From contig MU626289.1 of the NCBI GenBank assembly GCA_025603075.1, positions 1 through 64,000 on the forward strand: a stretch of DNA of 64,000 bases. The letters run 5' to 3'. This document shows, in pieces, positions 23,562-36,407 of the stretch. Made by a program: the position numbers and the translations under genes. Numbering within the stretch: position 1 is the stretch's first letter; the number at the start of each line of letters is the position of its first letter. The DNA is from Neoconidiobolus thromboides FSU 785 (lineage: Eukaryota; Fungi; Entomophthoromycota). The notes below the pieces were generated by a model. That model did not search any database. It worked only from the letters and a program-made list of their open reading frames with translations, and had not been told where the DNA came from.

Positions 23562-25755
23562 CTATTGCTGCATCTAAATAAATAAAAGAGACATTACTCA
23601 TTCATCTTTAAAACTTAAAAATAAACTTACTTCTTCAGGAACTTGCTGTTGAGCACCACCAGCTGGGCCATTTTCTCTCTTTGATACACCAGATACAATA
23701 TCATCAACTCTTAATAATAAACAAGCAGACTAAAAAATGTTAAATACATTTCATTAATAATAATTCCTTCATATCTATCTTTAAAATATTATAATAGAAC
23801 TAAAATCTTACCTCAATTGCAGTTTTAATAGTTTGAACTTTAACAGCAGTTGGTTCCCAAATACCATATTCATGCATGTCAGCAATAGTACCAGAAGTAC
23901 CATTGACACCCCAAGAATGTTCATTATTAGCATGTTTAGCCTAAAAAAGATCTATCAATATAATTTCATTATCGCATAAAAAACAGTTACCCTAAGTTGA
24001 GTTAAAACTTTAACTGGTTTACCACCACAGTTTTGAATCAAAGTACGAGGAATCACTTCTAAAGCTTCAGCTAAACCAAGATAAGGCCATTGTTCAATAC
24101 CCTCTATAGTTTTAGCTAATTCCGATAATTTAACACTAATAGCCATTTCAGTAGCTCCACCACCAGGTGATAATCTTGGATTAAAATATACATTTCTAGC
24201 TACATTCATAGCATCTTGTAGATTACGATCAACTTCATGTAATATATCTTTGGATGGTCCACGTAATAATATAGTACAGGCTTTAGGGTCTTCACATTTG
24301 GTTAAAAAAGTAAAATATTCATCTCCTATTTTTTCAATGTTAAATAAACCACATCCAGTTCCAATATCACTTTCTTTAAGATCTTCAACACGAGATACAA
24401 TAGTAGCGCCTACGGCACGTGCTACTCGATTATTATCCGTTTTACGTAAACGACGAATAGCAGTAATATTGGCTTTTTGTAAATAATGTTGAGCAAGATC
24501 TAAAATGATATATTAAAAAACAAAATTAAAAAGATTTTAATTGAAGCTTACCAGAAACTCCTTTTTCGGTAAAAACTAAATCCGGTTTAAGAGCAATAAT
24601 ATGATCACACAAGGATTTAATTTGCTCTTCTTCAATTTGTAAAAATCTTGCCCAATCTTCTTCTTTTGTAATTTCAATATTCGTTTGAGATTCCCCTTTT
24701 TTATATTCTAATGGACAATCCAATAATACAATTTTTGGATTTTCAATACGACGTCTCATTTTTGGATGGGTTACATCTTTGTTTAATAATATTCCATCTA
24801 ACACACATGAATCTTCAATTTCTCCTCCTGGAATCTAAATTATATTATTAACAAAATAATTTTCTTTAAACTTTGATTTTCATTGAATAATTACCTTTTC
24901 AACTCTAGCATATCTTTTGATATCTACTTCTCTTTGACCACTCTCTTCCATAGCAACACATTCGACTGCTTTTAAGGCCAAATTACACATTAACTCAGAC
25001 CAACGTGAAACAAATTTAGTATTTAAGGAACTTTTGATAATGTTTAACATTTGATTTTTGTCGTCTAAATTAACATCGATACTAATATCTTCAATTACTT
25101 TCAATGCATCTTCTAATGCTTTTTTGAAAGCAGAAATAATCACAATTGGATGAATGTTACGTTCTAAAAATGGCGCTGAAACAGAGAGGACTTCACCAGC
25201 TATATAAAATCAATAAGTTAATAAAAATCACTTTAAATTATCATCATTGTTCTATTTAAAAGCTAGATTTGTGATACAAAATAAATCTTATTGATTCTTA
25301 CCTAAAATAATTACCGAAGTAGTACCATCTCCCACTTCTTCATCTTGAGTTCTAGATAATTCAATCATTGATTTCGCAGCTGGATGAGCTACTTCAACTT
25401 CTCTTAATATAGCGTTACCATCATTGGTTAATACAATACCGCCCATTGGGTCAAGTAACATTTTTAACATGGAACGTGGTCCAAGACAAGTACGAATGAT
25501 GTCAGAGACCGTCTAAAATTGATGCAAGTTTTAAGTTTGTTTAACGGTCAAAAATAAAAAAGTTACCTTTGCTGCATTGATATTACTGAGCTGAGCTTTA
25601 CGACCCGACTCGCGCTCCATTTTGGTATCTAAAAAAGTTAAATTAATATTGTTGTCAAATTAAATAGGAGACTGGTAAATAAATAGTATCAATCTAGTTT
25701 AATTTTATTAAATAGAATGAAAATACATACTCATAACAATGACTGGGGCTTGCAT
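23562..25755 (-). CDS. CCT3: T-complex protein 1 subunit gamma (multi-exon)
   Basis: MQAPV start, TNDGNAILRE, GDGTTSV, LNKDVTHPKMRRRIENP, SPGGGATEMA. Confidence 0.95.
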
Positions 25756-26212
25756 CTTTTTTAATAATTCTTCTTTTTTTAATTGATACTAAAAGTATTA
25801 GTAGTTAATATTGAAAGCTAAGTATGTTTTATAAAATGGATTCGAAATTCAATTGGACCAATTACAGTTAAGATAAGGTTGAACCTATCAAAATCAATTA
25901 CCTAACAGGTGAGTTTTAACGCTATAGAAATGGATTGAAAAAATGGGAAATTAAAAGGTTATGTAAAAGGTTATCGAATGTTAAGAAAAAATTATAATAT
26001 TAGTAACAATAGTTCAAAACAAATTCAACTTTTACTATCTCAATACTATGAGTTTTAATAAATTAATTCTTTTAACCTTTGATATCTACCTTTTTTTAAA
26101 ATTCAACTTAGGACTAAAACCTAAACTTTCAACTGCATAAAAACCAAGTCCAAAAATAAGCCAACTCATAAAAAAATTTAACAATTAAAACTCTACTTTT
26201 TAAAATTGCAAG

Positions 26213-27290
26213 ATGGCCTATAAAGCAAAATACTTAAGAGCAAAAGAAAAGTATCAAGAATTATTAACAGTAAATTCAACTATCTCTATAACCTTATTCA
26301 ACTTACTAACATAATCTTTTAATAAAAATGTATAGAACAATGACGAGGTACGTGAGGAATTAGTTAACGCTGCTGAAGAAGTTAAACAATTAAAAGAAGA
26401 AATTAAGTAAATAATATTTATTTAAAAAACCAATAATAAATTTACGCTAATTTTCCCTTTACAGAATGCTTCTCAACACCATAGCAGAAGCAGATCCTTC
26501 ACTAATCCCGGAAGATTCTAGCGAAGAAGAGTTAGATGACGGTAAAAATCTCCCCCCTATTGACCCTGATGAGAAAGAATATAAATATAAATATGTCAGT
26601 AAAGATAAATTTAAAGATGGTGAAGTTGAAATGGAAAGGGAAGACAATATGAATTATTATGAGGATAGAAATGAAATCTATAGAAATGAAGCCAAGTTAA
26701 GACAAGCTGGGAATAATGGTCGAGGTAGAGGTTCTATAGAAAGGGAAGAGGATAGCTATAAACAAAAAAGTAAGTTTATTAAACGTATGCTTTAAAAAAC
26801 GGTTTATTAAAGGATAATGGTTTAGAATTGATGACAGAACCCAATCTACGTTCACCAAATAGACTTAGTAATACTGAAGTTTATCATGGTAAGTTGAGAT
26901 ATAAAAGAGTTTTTGTAAACAGGACTTTATAAATTTATTTATTTAGAGCGTCAACCAGTGCGCCCAAATGAAGCTTATTATCAGCATGATATGCCAGGTT
27001 ATACTCGAGGTTACGAAGCTCCAATGTCGTAAGTTTATTATATATAGCTTATGATTTTACATAAAAATATATATCAATTTATTTTAATTAGTCGTGATCC
27101 TTATCCAAGGGATACAAGAGTGGATATGAGAGAGCCAATGCCAAGAGACATAACTCATGAGAATGGTATGCGATCTATGAATGGTGGTAAATATCCGGCT
27201 TACCAGCAAAGAAGTAATAATGAACAGTTGGACTCCTCACCAATTGAAAATCGTTATGAACAGCATCATGGACAGCATGGGTATTATTAA
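26213..27290 (+). CDS. Multi-exon protein with N-terminal coiled coil, INO80E/IEC3-like
   Basis: Spliced N-terminus MAYKAKYLRAKEKYQELLTNNDEVREELVNAAEEVKQLKEEIKMLLNTI resembles the YKxKY coiled coil of INO80E-type subunits; the remainder is low complexity. Confidence 0.5.
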
Positions 27291-27568
27291 GGACTTTGGA
27301 CTTTCTTTCTTTTTTAAAGGAAAAAGAGATTATTTAAAATATTAATTTTTTTTTGGATAAGGGATTTGCTATGTTTATTTTATTTTATAAGTAATAAAAC
27401 TATTTTTATATGTGAGAGTTAAAATCTATTACTTTAATTATTTAAAATAAATAAGAGCAATAAAATAAGAAATTAATTAATAGTAAAAAAAAATAATTAA
27501 ATCTATAAACTTTGAATTTATTATTCTATAAATAAAAAAGAAATAGTCATAATAACACTCTTTCCAAT

Positions 27569-29028
27569 TTAATTTGTTTTTTTGCTGACATTAGTAAACC
27601 CAGTGCCCATACAAGTCAATAAAATAGTTTTGTTTTTATCATCAGGCACAACTTTATAAGTAATATTAAAAAATTGTTTAATATCTCTTAAAATTTCAAT
27701 ACTAAAAAAATTACAAATTATAAATTATATTAAAAATAGATTATTAAATATAATAATAATTTACCAAAATGGAGTTAATTTACCAATCCTTAATTTAGAA
27801 ACATCTTCAGGTCCAAGTACCATAAATAATAAATTTAACCCATGATTATAAGTATCAATACATCCTCCTTCTTGAATTTCTTGTAATAACATACGAGCTA
27901 CTCTTTTTCCTAAATCTTCTGGAGTTTCTTTAACATCTGCAAAACATTCAGCTGATAATAAGCATTCGGTAGTAGATTCAGCAACTAAAGTAAGTCCATA
28001 ACCCGGGGATCTATTAAAAAAAACAGTTATTACAAATTCATATTATTTTTGTATAGATAGTGTTATCAATTAACTTACTTCCCAGATTCTTTACCCTTAT
28101 AAACATCCGTATAAATATAAATATCAGGTATATATCGATTTAATACCGATCTTGCTGATTCAACTACTCGATTAGCTGTTTGAGGCGATACTCGAGTAGA
28201 ATAAGCTATGCCTCTAATACGTTTTATACGTCCTTCATCAATGAATCGAATTGGCTTAAGAGATCTTACTACTGTACATTTAAATAATACCTCTCCACCT
28301 CCTAAAGGCGGGGCTCCTCTTTTGGTTATCTATTTATGAGATTAGTTAAGGGTTATGTAGGAGGTTTATTATTATAATTATAATGAATATAATTACTTTT
28401 AATTCGACTCCATCTTCAATACCAAATTTATTTAGTTGACGTAAGGTTACGGTACGTAATAAATCGACCTATTTTAAAATTAATGAAACAAATTAATATG
28501 TTATTTATTATTAAAATTAGAAATAAAATAATATACCGAAATATCCAAGTTATCATTAGTAATACCTTGTAAAGTTAAAACAAAAGGCAATTTTGAAAAT
28601 GGAGCTAACATAACCATAGATTCTAAAAAATAACCAATGGAACGAGTTAATCCACAATCATGCTCTATTTTTCCACCAACTATTATACCGGGTTTATATA
28701 AAATAGCAGTACCTATTGGAAAGGGAAGTTGTTTGTATTATACGAGTTGAAATTGATAGATTTATATTTTAAATTACCAGTATAATTAATTTCAATTAAA
28801 GAACCATTAGTTACTTTTTCTAACAATCGTAAAAAATTGGCTTCAAAATCTAATAATGATTTTAATTAATATCGTTTATTAAATTCTATTTTTTCCTGAA
28901 ATGACTTTACCTCTTAAACCTGGATTATCATCATCCGATCTTATTTTTTCAATTTTAATAGCTTTACCGCTGATAGTAGCCATTATTAAACGTTGTCTGA
29001 AACCTACATGCCCTTCAAATTTTAACAT
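27569..29028 (-). CDS. RCL1: RNA 3'-terminal phosphate cyclase-like protein Rcl1 (multi-exon)
   Basis: MLKFEGHVGFRQRLIMATISGKAIKIEKIRSDDDNPGLR, KRGAPPLGGGEV and C-terminal GTGFTN; six GT-AG introns. Confidence 0.9.
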
Positions 29029-29338
29029 TTTTTAAAGTCAACTTGTTTTTAAATTTAAAATTGATAAAAAGCAAGATTAAAACTTCTCATTAAATTTTAA
29101 AATTAATTTCGAGGTTCAAGTTTGAACAAAATAATAATCGTTTAAATTTAAACAATTGCTTATTTAACCTAAAATACTTTATAAAAGGTTTATCACAATA
29201 GTAATGTATTTTATATCATAATTTGAATTTTATAATTTTATATATTAAAATTAAATACAAAAATAAAATAAATTATTTATAATAATCAAAATAAAATTTA
29301 TTTAATTACAATATCCAAAAGTATTCAATCCTAACCTA

Positions 29339-30733
29339 TTAAGCTTTCAATTGATTAAGAGCATTGACCAATTTCTCAAAATCGGATTTAATACTATTGG
29401 CATAGTTAGCAAGCTTATCTTTTGAATCAAGCACTTCAATAGACTCAGTATAAGGATTATAACGGACATGAAATGGACGAGATAAAGAATCAGCAAATTC
29501 ACGTACTTTATCTCTAGCATCAGCAAAACTTTCAGCTACATAATAAACTGGTTGGTATTCAGTAATAGGATATTTAGTTACAGCGGTCATTTTGGGATCG
29601 AATGGTCTTTTTTCTGGTTTATCTGACATGGAGTATTCTAATTCCCCATAAGAAGAAAGAATACCTGCCCCATATGCTTTAATTTCATCCCCTTGTTTAC
29701 ATAATCCAAATTCAACAGTAAACCAATAGATCGTGGCTAATTTTTCAATATCATCATCCGAAGCACCTAAGGAAGCTAATCCGATTTCTTGTGAGAAGTC
29801 AGCAAACTCTGGGTTAGCAAATAATGGTACATGACCTAAAAGTTCATGACAAACATCTGGTTCTGGGGTATAAAGAGGTTTTGAATGATGACGTAAATAT
29901 TGAGTAGAATGGAATACTCTAAAAGCTAAACCATTTAAAAAATCTCTAGAAGTTAATAAGCCCATGACTGGTTTAAGAGTGAACCCAGTACACTCTTTTA
30001 AAAACCTTGAGATATCTTCAATTTGTGGAATATTATTAGCAGAAAATCCACAATTTTTTTCCAATAAGGGGAATACATGAAGGTATTCTTTACAAGCGTA
30101 TTTTTTGTAAAGGTCCATTGTTTTACGATAAACTTCTCCCCATGTTTGAATTTCAACTTCATTATATTCAATCCTTGGTAATGGTTGTCCTGTTTTATAA
30201 GTTTTTGCAATATTGGTGATCTCCGAACGACGTTTACGATAAACTAAGTCTTGAGCACCTGGATGATCCGATGATAAATCTTCTCCCATTTCTAACACCT
30301 TTTCTGCAAACGTATCTAAATCACTCTTTTTTCTGGGGAACCAAGGTACGCTATTTAACGATACATTATCGGAAGAAGGTGCTGATTGGATTAAACGGAT
30401 ACTGGATACCTTTGAACTAAGGTGCTCTACTGCTTGTGAAGCTAAATTATAATCCTTACCATCAATATCAACAAAAAAATCATAACTATCTGGGTTGTTT
30501 AAACTTGGTCGAGACTCAATACGTGTCATTGAGATTTTTAACTCTTTTAAAACAACTAAACATTCATCTAAAGCTCCTACTTTATCACCAATCGAAAATA
30601 AAATAGAAGCACGGGAAGGTCCGTTATCGCTTAATTTGTTTTGAGTTTCACTGTAAAGGGCGGATACCATTGTAAAGAAATGACGTGAATCAAAATTGAA
30701 TTCACTGCTTTTATGGTTGCTTTTTTGACACAA
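29339..30733 (-). CDS. PAH: Phenylalanine-4-hydroxylase (pterin-dependent), intronless; start may be Met at 30670
   Basis: ACT-like N-terminal domain (TRIESRPS), iron ligands in PDVCHELLGH and WFTVEFG; GLL, IYW and YPITEY are PAH-type rather than TPH- or TH-type. Confidence 0.9.
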   Translation of the reverse strand: MCQKSNHKSSEFNFDSRHFFTMVSALYSETQNKLSDNGPSRASILFSIGDKVGALDECLVVLKELKISMTRIESRPSLNNPDSYDFFVDIDGKDYNLASQAVEHLSSKVSSIRLIQSAPSSDNVSLNSVPWFPRKKSDLDTFAEKVLEMGEDLSSDHPGAQDLVYRKRRSEITNIAKTYKTGQPLPRIEYNEVEIQTWGEVYRKTMDLYKKYACKEYLHVFPLLEKNCGFSANNIPQIEDISRFLKECTGFTLKPVMGLLTSRDFLNGLAFRVFHSTQYLRHHSKPLYTPEPDVCHELLGHVPLFANPEFADFSQEIGLASLGASDDDIEKLATIYWFTVEFGLCKQGDEIKAYGAGILSSYGELEYSMSDKPEKRPFDPKMTAVTKYPITEYQPVYYVAESFADARDKVREFADSLSRPFHVRYNPYTESIEVLDSKDKLANYANSIKSDFEKLVNALNQLKA

Positions 30734-31193
30734 TATATTATGGGTGCTATTGGTGGAGTTTTAAATTCGCTTTATTTTTCCTACTTTTTGCAACATTTTT
30801 GAAGCTGGGAAAATACAATTCTTTAAAATTAGGTCAGATGTACACCTTGTCATTGAGGTATTTTTACAATGTATTATTAAAATCATAAAGTCAGGAGCTA
30901 ATTTAAATTCGACTAAAATTATCAGAAATAAAATTGTTGAATTATTAGTATTATTCCTAAAATAATTTTTCTAAAGTTTAATTTCAATAATGGCAACTAT
31001 ATAAACAATTGTAAAATAAGTTAGTGTAAAAGTCATCCCATAGTTTAATTCAAATCCAATCAAAAATTATTTTCCTTTGATTATTATTGGCCAGAGAGAA
31101 AAATATATCTAACTCAGTTGTAATCCCATAAGGAGGAAACATAATCTAAAACAATGTTTTAAATAAAACCAATAACAATGTTTTATAAATAAT

Positions 31194-31307
31194 TATCCTT
31201 TTTTTCATTCAGTTTTCAAACGAATAGATCCCTCGCCTTTTACTAGAGATCTCCGTGGATGAAAAAAAATTAAAGGATATATTCAATTTTTGAAGCCTTT
31301 TAGGGTT
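31194..31307 (+). ncRNA. U5: U5 spliceosomal snRNA
   Basis: Invariant loop-1 GCCTTTTAC inside AGATC...GATCT stem followed by CCGTGGA; long basal stem (ATCCTTTTTTTTCAT / ATGAAAAAAAA..AGGAT); Sm site AATTTTTG at 31285; 3' hairpin. Confidence 0.92.
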
Positions 31308-31388
31308 ATTTAACCTTAAATAATAATAAATAAAAAATACTGTAAAAATTGAGTTAAAGCTACCATCTGATTTAGCTTTTAGTATCAC

Positions 31389-31492
31389 TTTGGGGGATGT
31401 TTTTTTGACTTCATCACTTTTCCATTTTTTGAGTGCCATCTGAGTGGAAAAACTGTTAATAAAACTCTCAAACACAAAAAAACATTCCCATA
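31389..31492 (-). mobile_element. MITE copy ~80 bp downstream of U5
   Basis: TGGGGGATGTTTTTTT...TGAGTGGAAAA...AACATTCCCA-TA. Confidence 0.85.
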
Positions 31493-32120
31493 TCGTAAAT
31501 GAACTAACATATTTGAGTTTAAGAAGACTTGTAATATAACGACAAACTAGACAGGCTTTTGACTACTTGAATTTGTGATATTTTGTCTAAATCTTTTGTT
31601 CATTTTTTATGTAACACTATTTTTTGAAAACGTTAGATACTGGAATGAAAAAGACATTGACATGTACACCTTTAAAAATTATCTTATATTCATATTCATT
31701 TGACATATTGGATTGACCTTGATACTAAACACCCAGTGTTAAATATTCAAATTGATTCAAATAAACTTATTTATATACACCCATTGCTTAGGTGATATAT
31801 TTTTAAAATATTCCTTCATTGATTGTAGTCTTTTAAATAGCGCCATTTTCTAAAGCCGAAATACAATATTCTTTTATTCTTCACTATTGTTTCAAAGATG
31901 AAAAAACATGATATACCATAACATGTTTTGAAATCGGGCTTTGAAAGCCCATATAAACAGGAAAAAAGTCTGATGTTTCATTAGTTTCAAAATCGGACTT
32001 TAAAAACCATATGTGCAAGAGAAAAGAAGGATAAACCTATTTAAAAATAAATAGAAGTCGGGACTAAATAAAAACCTAAAAGTATAAAAGGAATCAAAAG
32101 TTAATGATGAGTACAAAAAA

Positions 32121-33325
32121 ATGAGTAAATTAGCAACACGTCAATTAGGCAAAAACGGCCCCCAAGTCTCTAGTATTGGACTAGGATGTATGGGTATGAG
32201 CATCTTTCATGTCACTCCAGAGCAAAATGAAGAAAGCATCAAAGTATTAAATAGAGCCATTGATTTAGGGGCTACTTTTTGGGATACTGCTGTAAATGAT
32301 AAATAGCTAAATTATATAAACAGATGTTGATATTTCTATAGGACATGTATGGCATGGGTGAAAATGAAAAGTTAATAGCTAAAGTTTTAAAAGATCGCAG
32401 AGATGAAGTTTTCATTTGCACTAAATTTGCCAATAGCTACGACCTAGAAACCAAAACCCTCAAAGTTCGAGGCGACAAAGAGTATGTAAAACAATGTTGT
32501 GATGCCAGTTTAAAAAGATTAGGTATTAAAACCATTGATTTATACTATCAGCACAGAGTAGATCCAAATACGTATAGTTTTATTTTGAGTTATGTTTATT
32601 TTATACTTACTTGACTTATAGCCCAATTGAAGAAACAGTGACAGCAATGGCTGAGTTGGTTAAAGAGGGTAAAGTAAAATATCTGGGATTATCTGAGTGT
32701 AGTGCAGAAACATTAAGAAGGGCTTATAAAGTTCACCCTATTTCTGCTGTCCAAGTTGAGTATAGGTAGCTATTTTTATCATTTGTTTTAAACTACCCAT
32801 CTAATAACAATTTACAATAAGCCCATGGGAAACTTTTATTGAGAAAAACGGATTATTAAATGCTTGCAGAGAGCTTGGAGTAGCCATTATTGCTTATTCC
32901 CCATTAGGACGTGGACTTTTGACTGGAAAATTAGATGCAAAAGCACTTGATAAAGATGATTTCAGAGTTGCCAACTTTCCACGTTTTAGTGAAGAAAATT
33001 TTGATCATAATCGTCAAATTATTGACAAAATGGAAGAAATAGCTAGTAAAAAGGGAATCAAAGCTTCCCAGTTATGTCTATCATGGGTTTTAGCTCAAGT
33101 AGGTTTTATTGGAGTTATAATTAAGTTTAAACTAAACTTTAATAGGGCAATGATTTCATTCCTATCCCAGGCACTAAAAGAATGAAGTATCTTGAAGAGA
33201 ATCTTGAATCTGCCAATCATAAGTTAACTAAAGATGAAAACGAACAGATCCGTGCATTGGTTGAACAAATTCAAGTAAAAGGTGATAGATATAGCGTCGA
33301 ATTTATGAAAACCTGTGATTTGTAA
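32121..33325 (+). CDS. Aldo-keto reductase (YakC/AKR13-like, multi-exon)
   Basis: IGLGCMGMS, spliced DTA|[27 protein letters not shown]. Confidence 0.92.
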
Positions 33326-34097
33326 TAAACAATTATTATATATTAAACTTAATTCAAATTATGTTGAATCGTCATAAACAGTGAATTAAATTCCTGATCC
33401 AGGAATATGTTTTAATATTTACTTAAAAATTTAATAAGCCATCAGTCAATCTTTATAATATTATATTTATAGAAAACCTTTACAATTTATTATTTTTATA
33501 AAAGCCCCTTTTTGAATAAGACAAGATAGAGATAAAACATTAAAATTTAGTTGTTTGATTTATATCCACATAACGATTAATATTAAGGGATATCATCTCT
33601 GATAGCCATATCTAACAGACATAGGCTGTTTACATTTTATAAAGCGCATTTTGTGTTCTACTTTACACATTTCATTTATTGATGTACTTTTAAAAATAAA
33701 ATTTTTAATTGTTTTTAGTTATTTTTATTTTGTTTTTTCATGCTCAGCTATCTTAAAGCTATCCAATATAAACTCTATCGAAATCACTCTTCATAAGCGG
33801 TGTTAGCACTCAAGTTAAGTGAAATCAACGAAGTCGAAATTTGGCCAGGCCGAAAAGCCAGTGAACATCACCGCATGATATGTATATTAAAATAATTACA
33901 ATCTTAGGTGGATATCTAAGACAGAATTAAGTTTCTAACCTTACCAATTTTGCGAATTTATACTGAGCTCAAAATTTTGCAATTTCCACTTTGTGGGATT
34001 CTTGTGTGATTATTTTCGTACGTCATCTTGGTAATCAAATTAGGTCTAAGCTTAGACTTCAAAGTTAGTTTTTTTTAAATTTAAAATTAGTAATAAG

Positions 34098-35916
34098 ATG
34101 GACCATCAATTAGCTGAAGCCGAACAATATTATACATCAAAGGATTTTGATTCTGCATTAAACGCTTATAAGAACATATTAAACAATTCAAATGGTAGGT
34201 CTATTTTTAGTTTGTAATTATTTGAAATTAAAATCTTTAGACAACTCGGATAGTTCAGTAAAAGCTAAAGAAATAGCCATTTTAAAGCTTGGTTCCATTT
34301 ATCAGGAAAAAAAGTAATTCAATCAAGCCTCGAATTGAACCAAATTTACTAAATAATTTAGAAATGCTGAAGGGTTAAGTTCATTATTACGTTCAAGCCA
34401 CGACTTTTTTACTATAATACCAAAAGCCAAAACTTCAAAAATAAGTAAGATAAATGATTTATTTTTGCTCAAGATTTAAACAATGAATTTAGTTCGTTCT
34501 TTGATTGATAACTTTAAGGGTATTCCAGAGTCTTTAAATTTACAAATTGAAGTATGTAAAGAGATTATTGAATGGTGCTCAAAGGAAAAGCGTGTCTTTT
34601 TGAAACAGAATGTAGAAACCAAACTTATTTCTGTGTATGTGTTATTTTGATTATTTTATATTATCATTTCATATTCATCATATCTAATGTTTTGTTTAGC
34701 TATTTAGAAAATCGTGATTATACTAATACTTTGAAATTAATTTCAACTTTATTAAAAGAACTTAAGCGATTGGATGATAAAATGGTATTAGTAGAAGTTC
34801 AATTATTAGAAAGTCGTGCTTATTATGCACTTAGAAACCTCCCAAAATCAAGAGTAAGTTACTTCTTAGTGTTGTTGGTTAAGATTCTAAAGATTTACAA
34901 AGGCTGCATTAACTTCAGCTCGTACCTCAGCCAATTCCATCTATTGTCCGCCTTTATTACAAGGTGCTTTAGATTTACAATCTGGTATTTTACATGCTGA
35001 AGATAAGGATTTCAAAACAGCGTAATTATATATAGTCAAATCAGATGAATCAATGATTTAATTAGATTTATTAGATTTTCCTACTTTTATGAAACTTTTG
35101 AAAGCTATTCATCCCACAATGATACACAAGCTGTAATTGCCTTGAAATACATGCTTTTATGTAAAGTTATGATTGGTTTGGTACAGTTTTTGTTAAATAT
35201 TTTGTCTACTTTGTTAATAGTTGATTATACTTAGACTGATGATGTTTCGTCAATTACGAGCGGAAAATTAGGATTAAAGTATGCTGGACGTGATATTGAA
35301 GCAATGAAAAGAGTCTCAGATGCTTACCGTAATCGTTCATTAAAGGAGTTTGAAGAGGCTTCAAACGAATACAAAAATGGTAACTCTATTTTATATGTTT
35401 TTTATAAAAATATTAATCATAAATAAAAGAGTTAAAAGGAGATCCTATTATTCATTCCCATCTCCATGCGCTTTATGATACCTTATTAGAACAAAATTTA
35501 GTACGAGTTATTGAACCATACTCAAAGGTTGAAATAGAACATGTAGCTAAACTTGTACGCTTAACTACTGATGAAGTTGAAGCCAAGTAAGCTCTTTAAA
35601 TTCTCATTTTGTTTTTACTTATCATTTAGATTGTCTCAAATGATTTTAGACAAAGTCTTTCATGGAGTTTTGGATCAAGGAGCAGGATGCCTTATTGTTT
35701 TTGACGAGCAAGAAAATGATGTAAGTTCACATCTTTTAATTAGACTGTAATATGTGCTAACTTTTAATTTATAGAAATTATATAGTACAGCCATTGATAA
35801 TTTAAAGAATATGAACAATGTTGTAGAATCTTTATATCAAAAGGTAAGTTTGACATTAAATTGAAATTATAATATCCATTTTTATTAATTATTTTCAGGC
35901 CTCAAAATTGGGTTGA
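34098..35916 (+). CDS. RPN6: 26S proteasome lid subunit Rpn6 (multi-exon)
   Basis: [48 protein letters not shown] region [17 protein letters not shown]. Confidence 0.95.
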
Positions 35917-36190
35917 TACACCGTAGAGTTAAGGAGAGTTTAAGTTGTTGGTATTTAATATCCCAAAGATTTGATGTTCTCTTTGTAGTTGAAAATAAAC
36001 TCACATAAACTTCACTCATCTAGCTTTCATTCTATTTAATAATAATAAGTCATATTAAATTGCTATGGTAACAATTTAATCAGATATTTGTTTCTTTTAT
36101 ATAATGTATTTAACATGGTGAATGATATAGAGTATATCTAAAAGTAATATTTTTGAATCACATAAGTACCATATAATTAAGGTTAATTTA

Positions 36191-36407
36191 TATGGAGATG
36201 TATTTTTAGGTTTAAGAATTTTACTAATAAAATTTCCACTCAAATAGTGTTTAAAAGATAGAAAAAGTGATGAAGCCAAAAAAACATTCCCATATGTTTA
36301 ATTTTTATAAGAGGGCATCTTTATTTTAACATTTAACTAATACTTTTTTCAGGTTTTTATAATATAAAAAATGGAAAAATAAATGAATCAAAAAACGCAT
36401 CCACATA
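36191..36407 (+). mobile_element. Two adjacent MITE copies (36191-36294 good; 36307-36407 degenerate)
   Basis: TA-TGGAGATGT...ACATTCCCA-TA followed by a decayed copy ending GCATCCACA-TA. Confidence 0.8.

Noticed and set aside
31209-31475. 88-aa ORF, and similar ORFs at 36097-36279, 39659-39958, 46752-46982 and 48272-48580
   Set aside because: Largely translated MITE sequence (e.g. FSTQ(M/I)ALKKWK) plus AT-rich DNA; not protein-like.
19751-35916. Minor (U12-type) introns in the housekeeping genes
   Set aside because: The donors I inspected are ordinary GTAAG/GTAAT/GTAAA/GTATA types; no (G/A)TATCCTT was seen.
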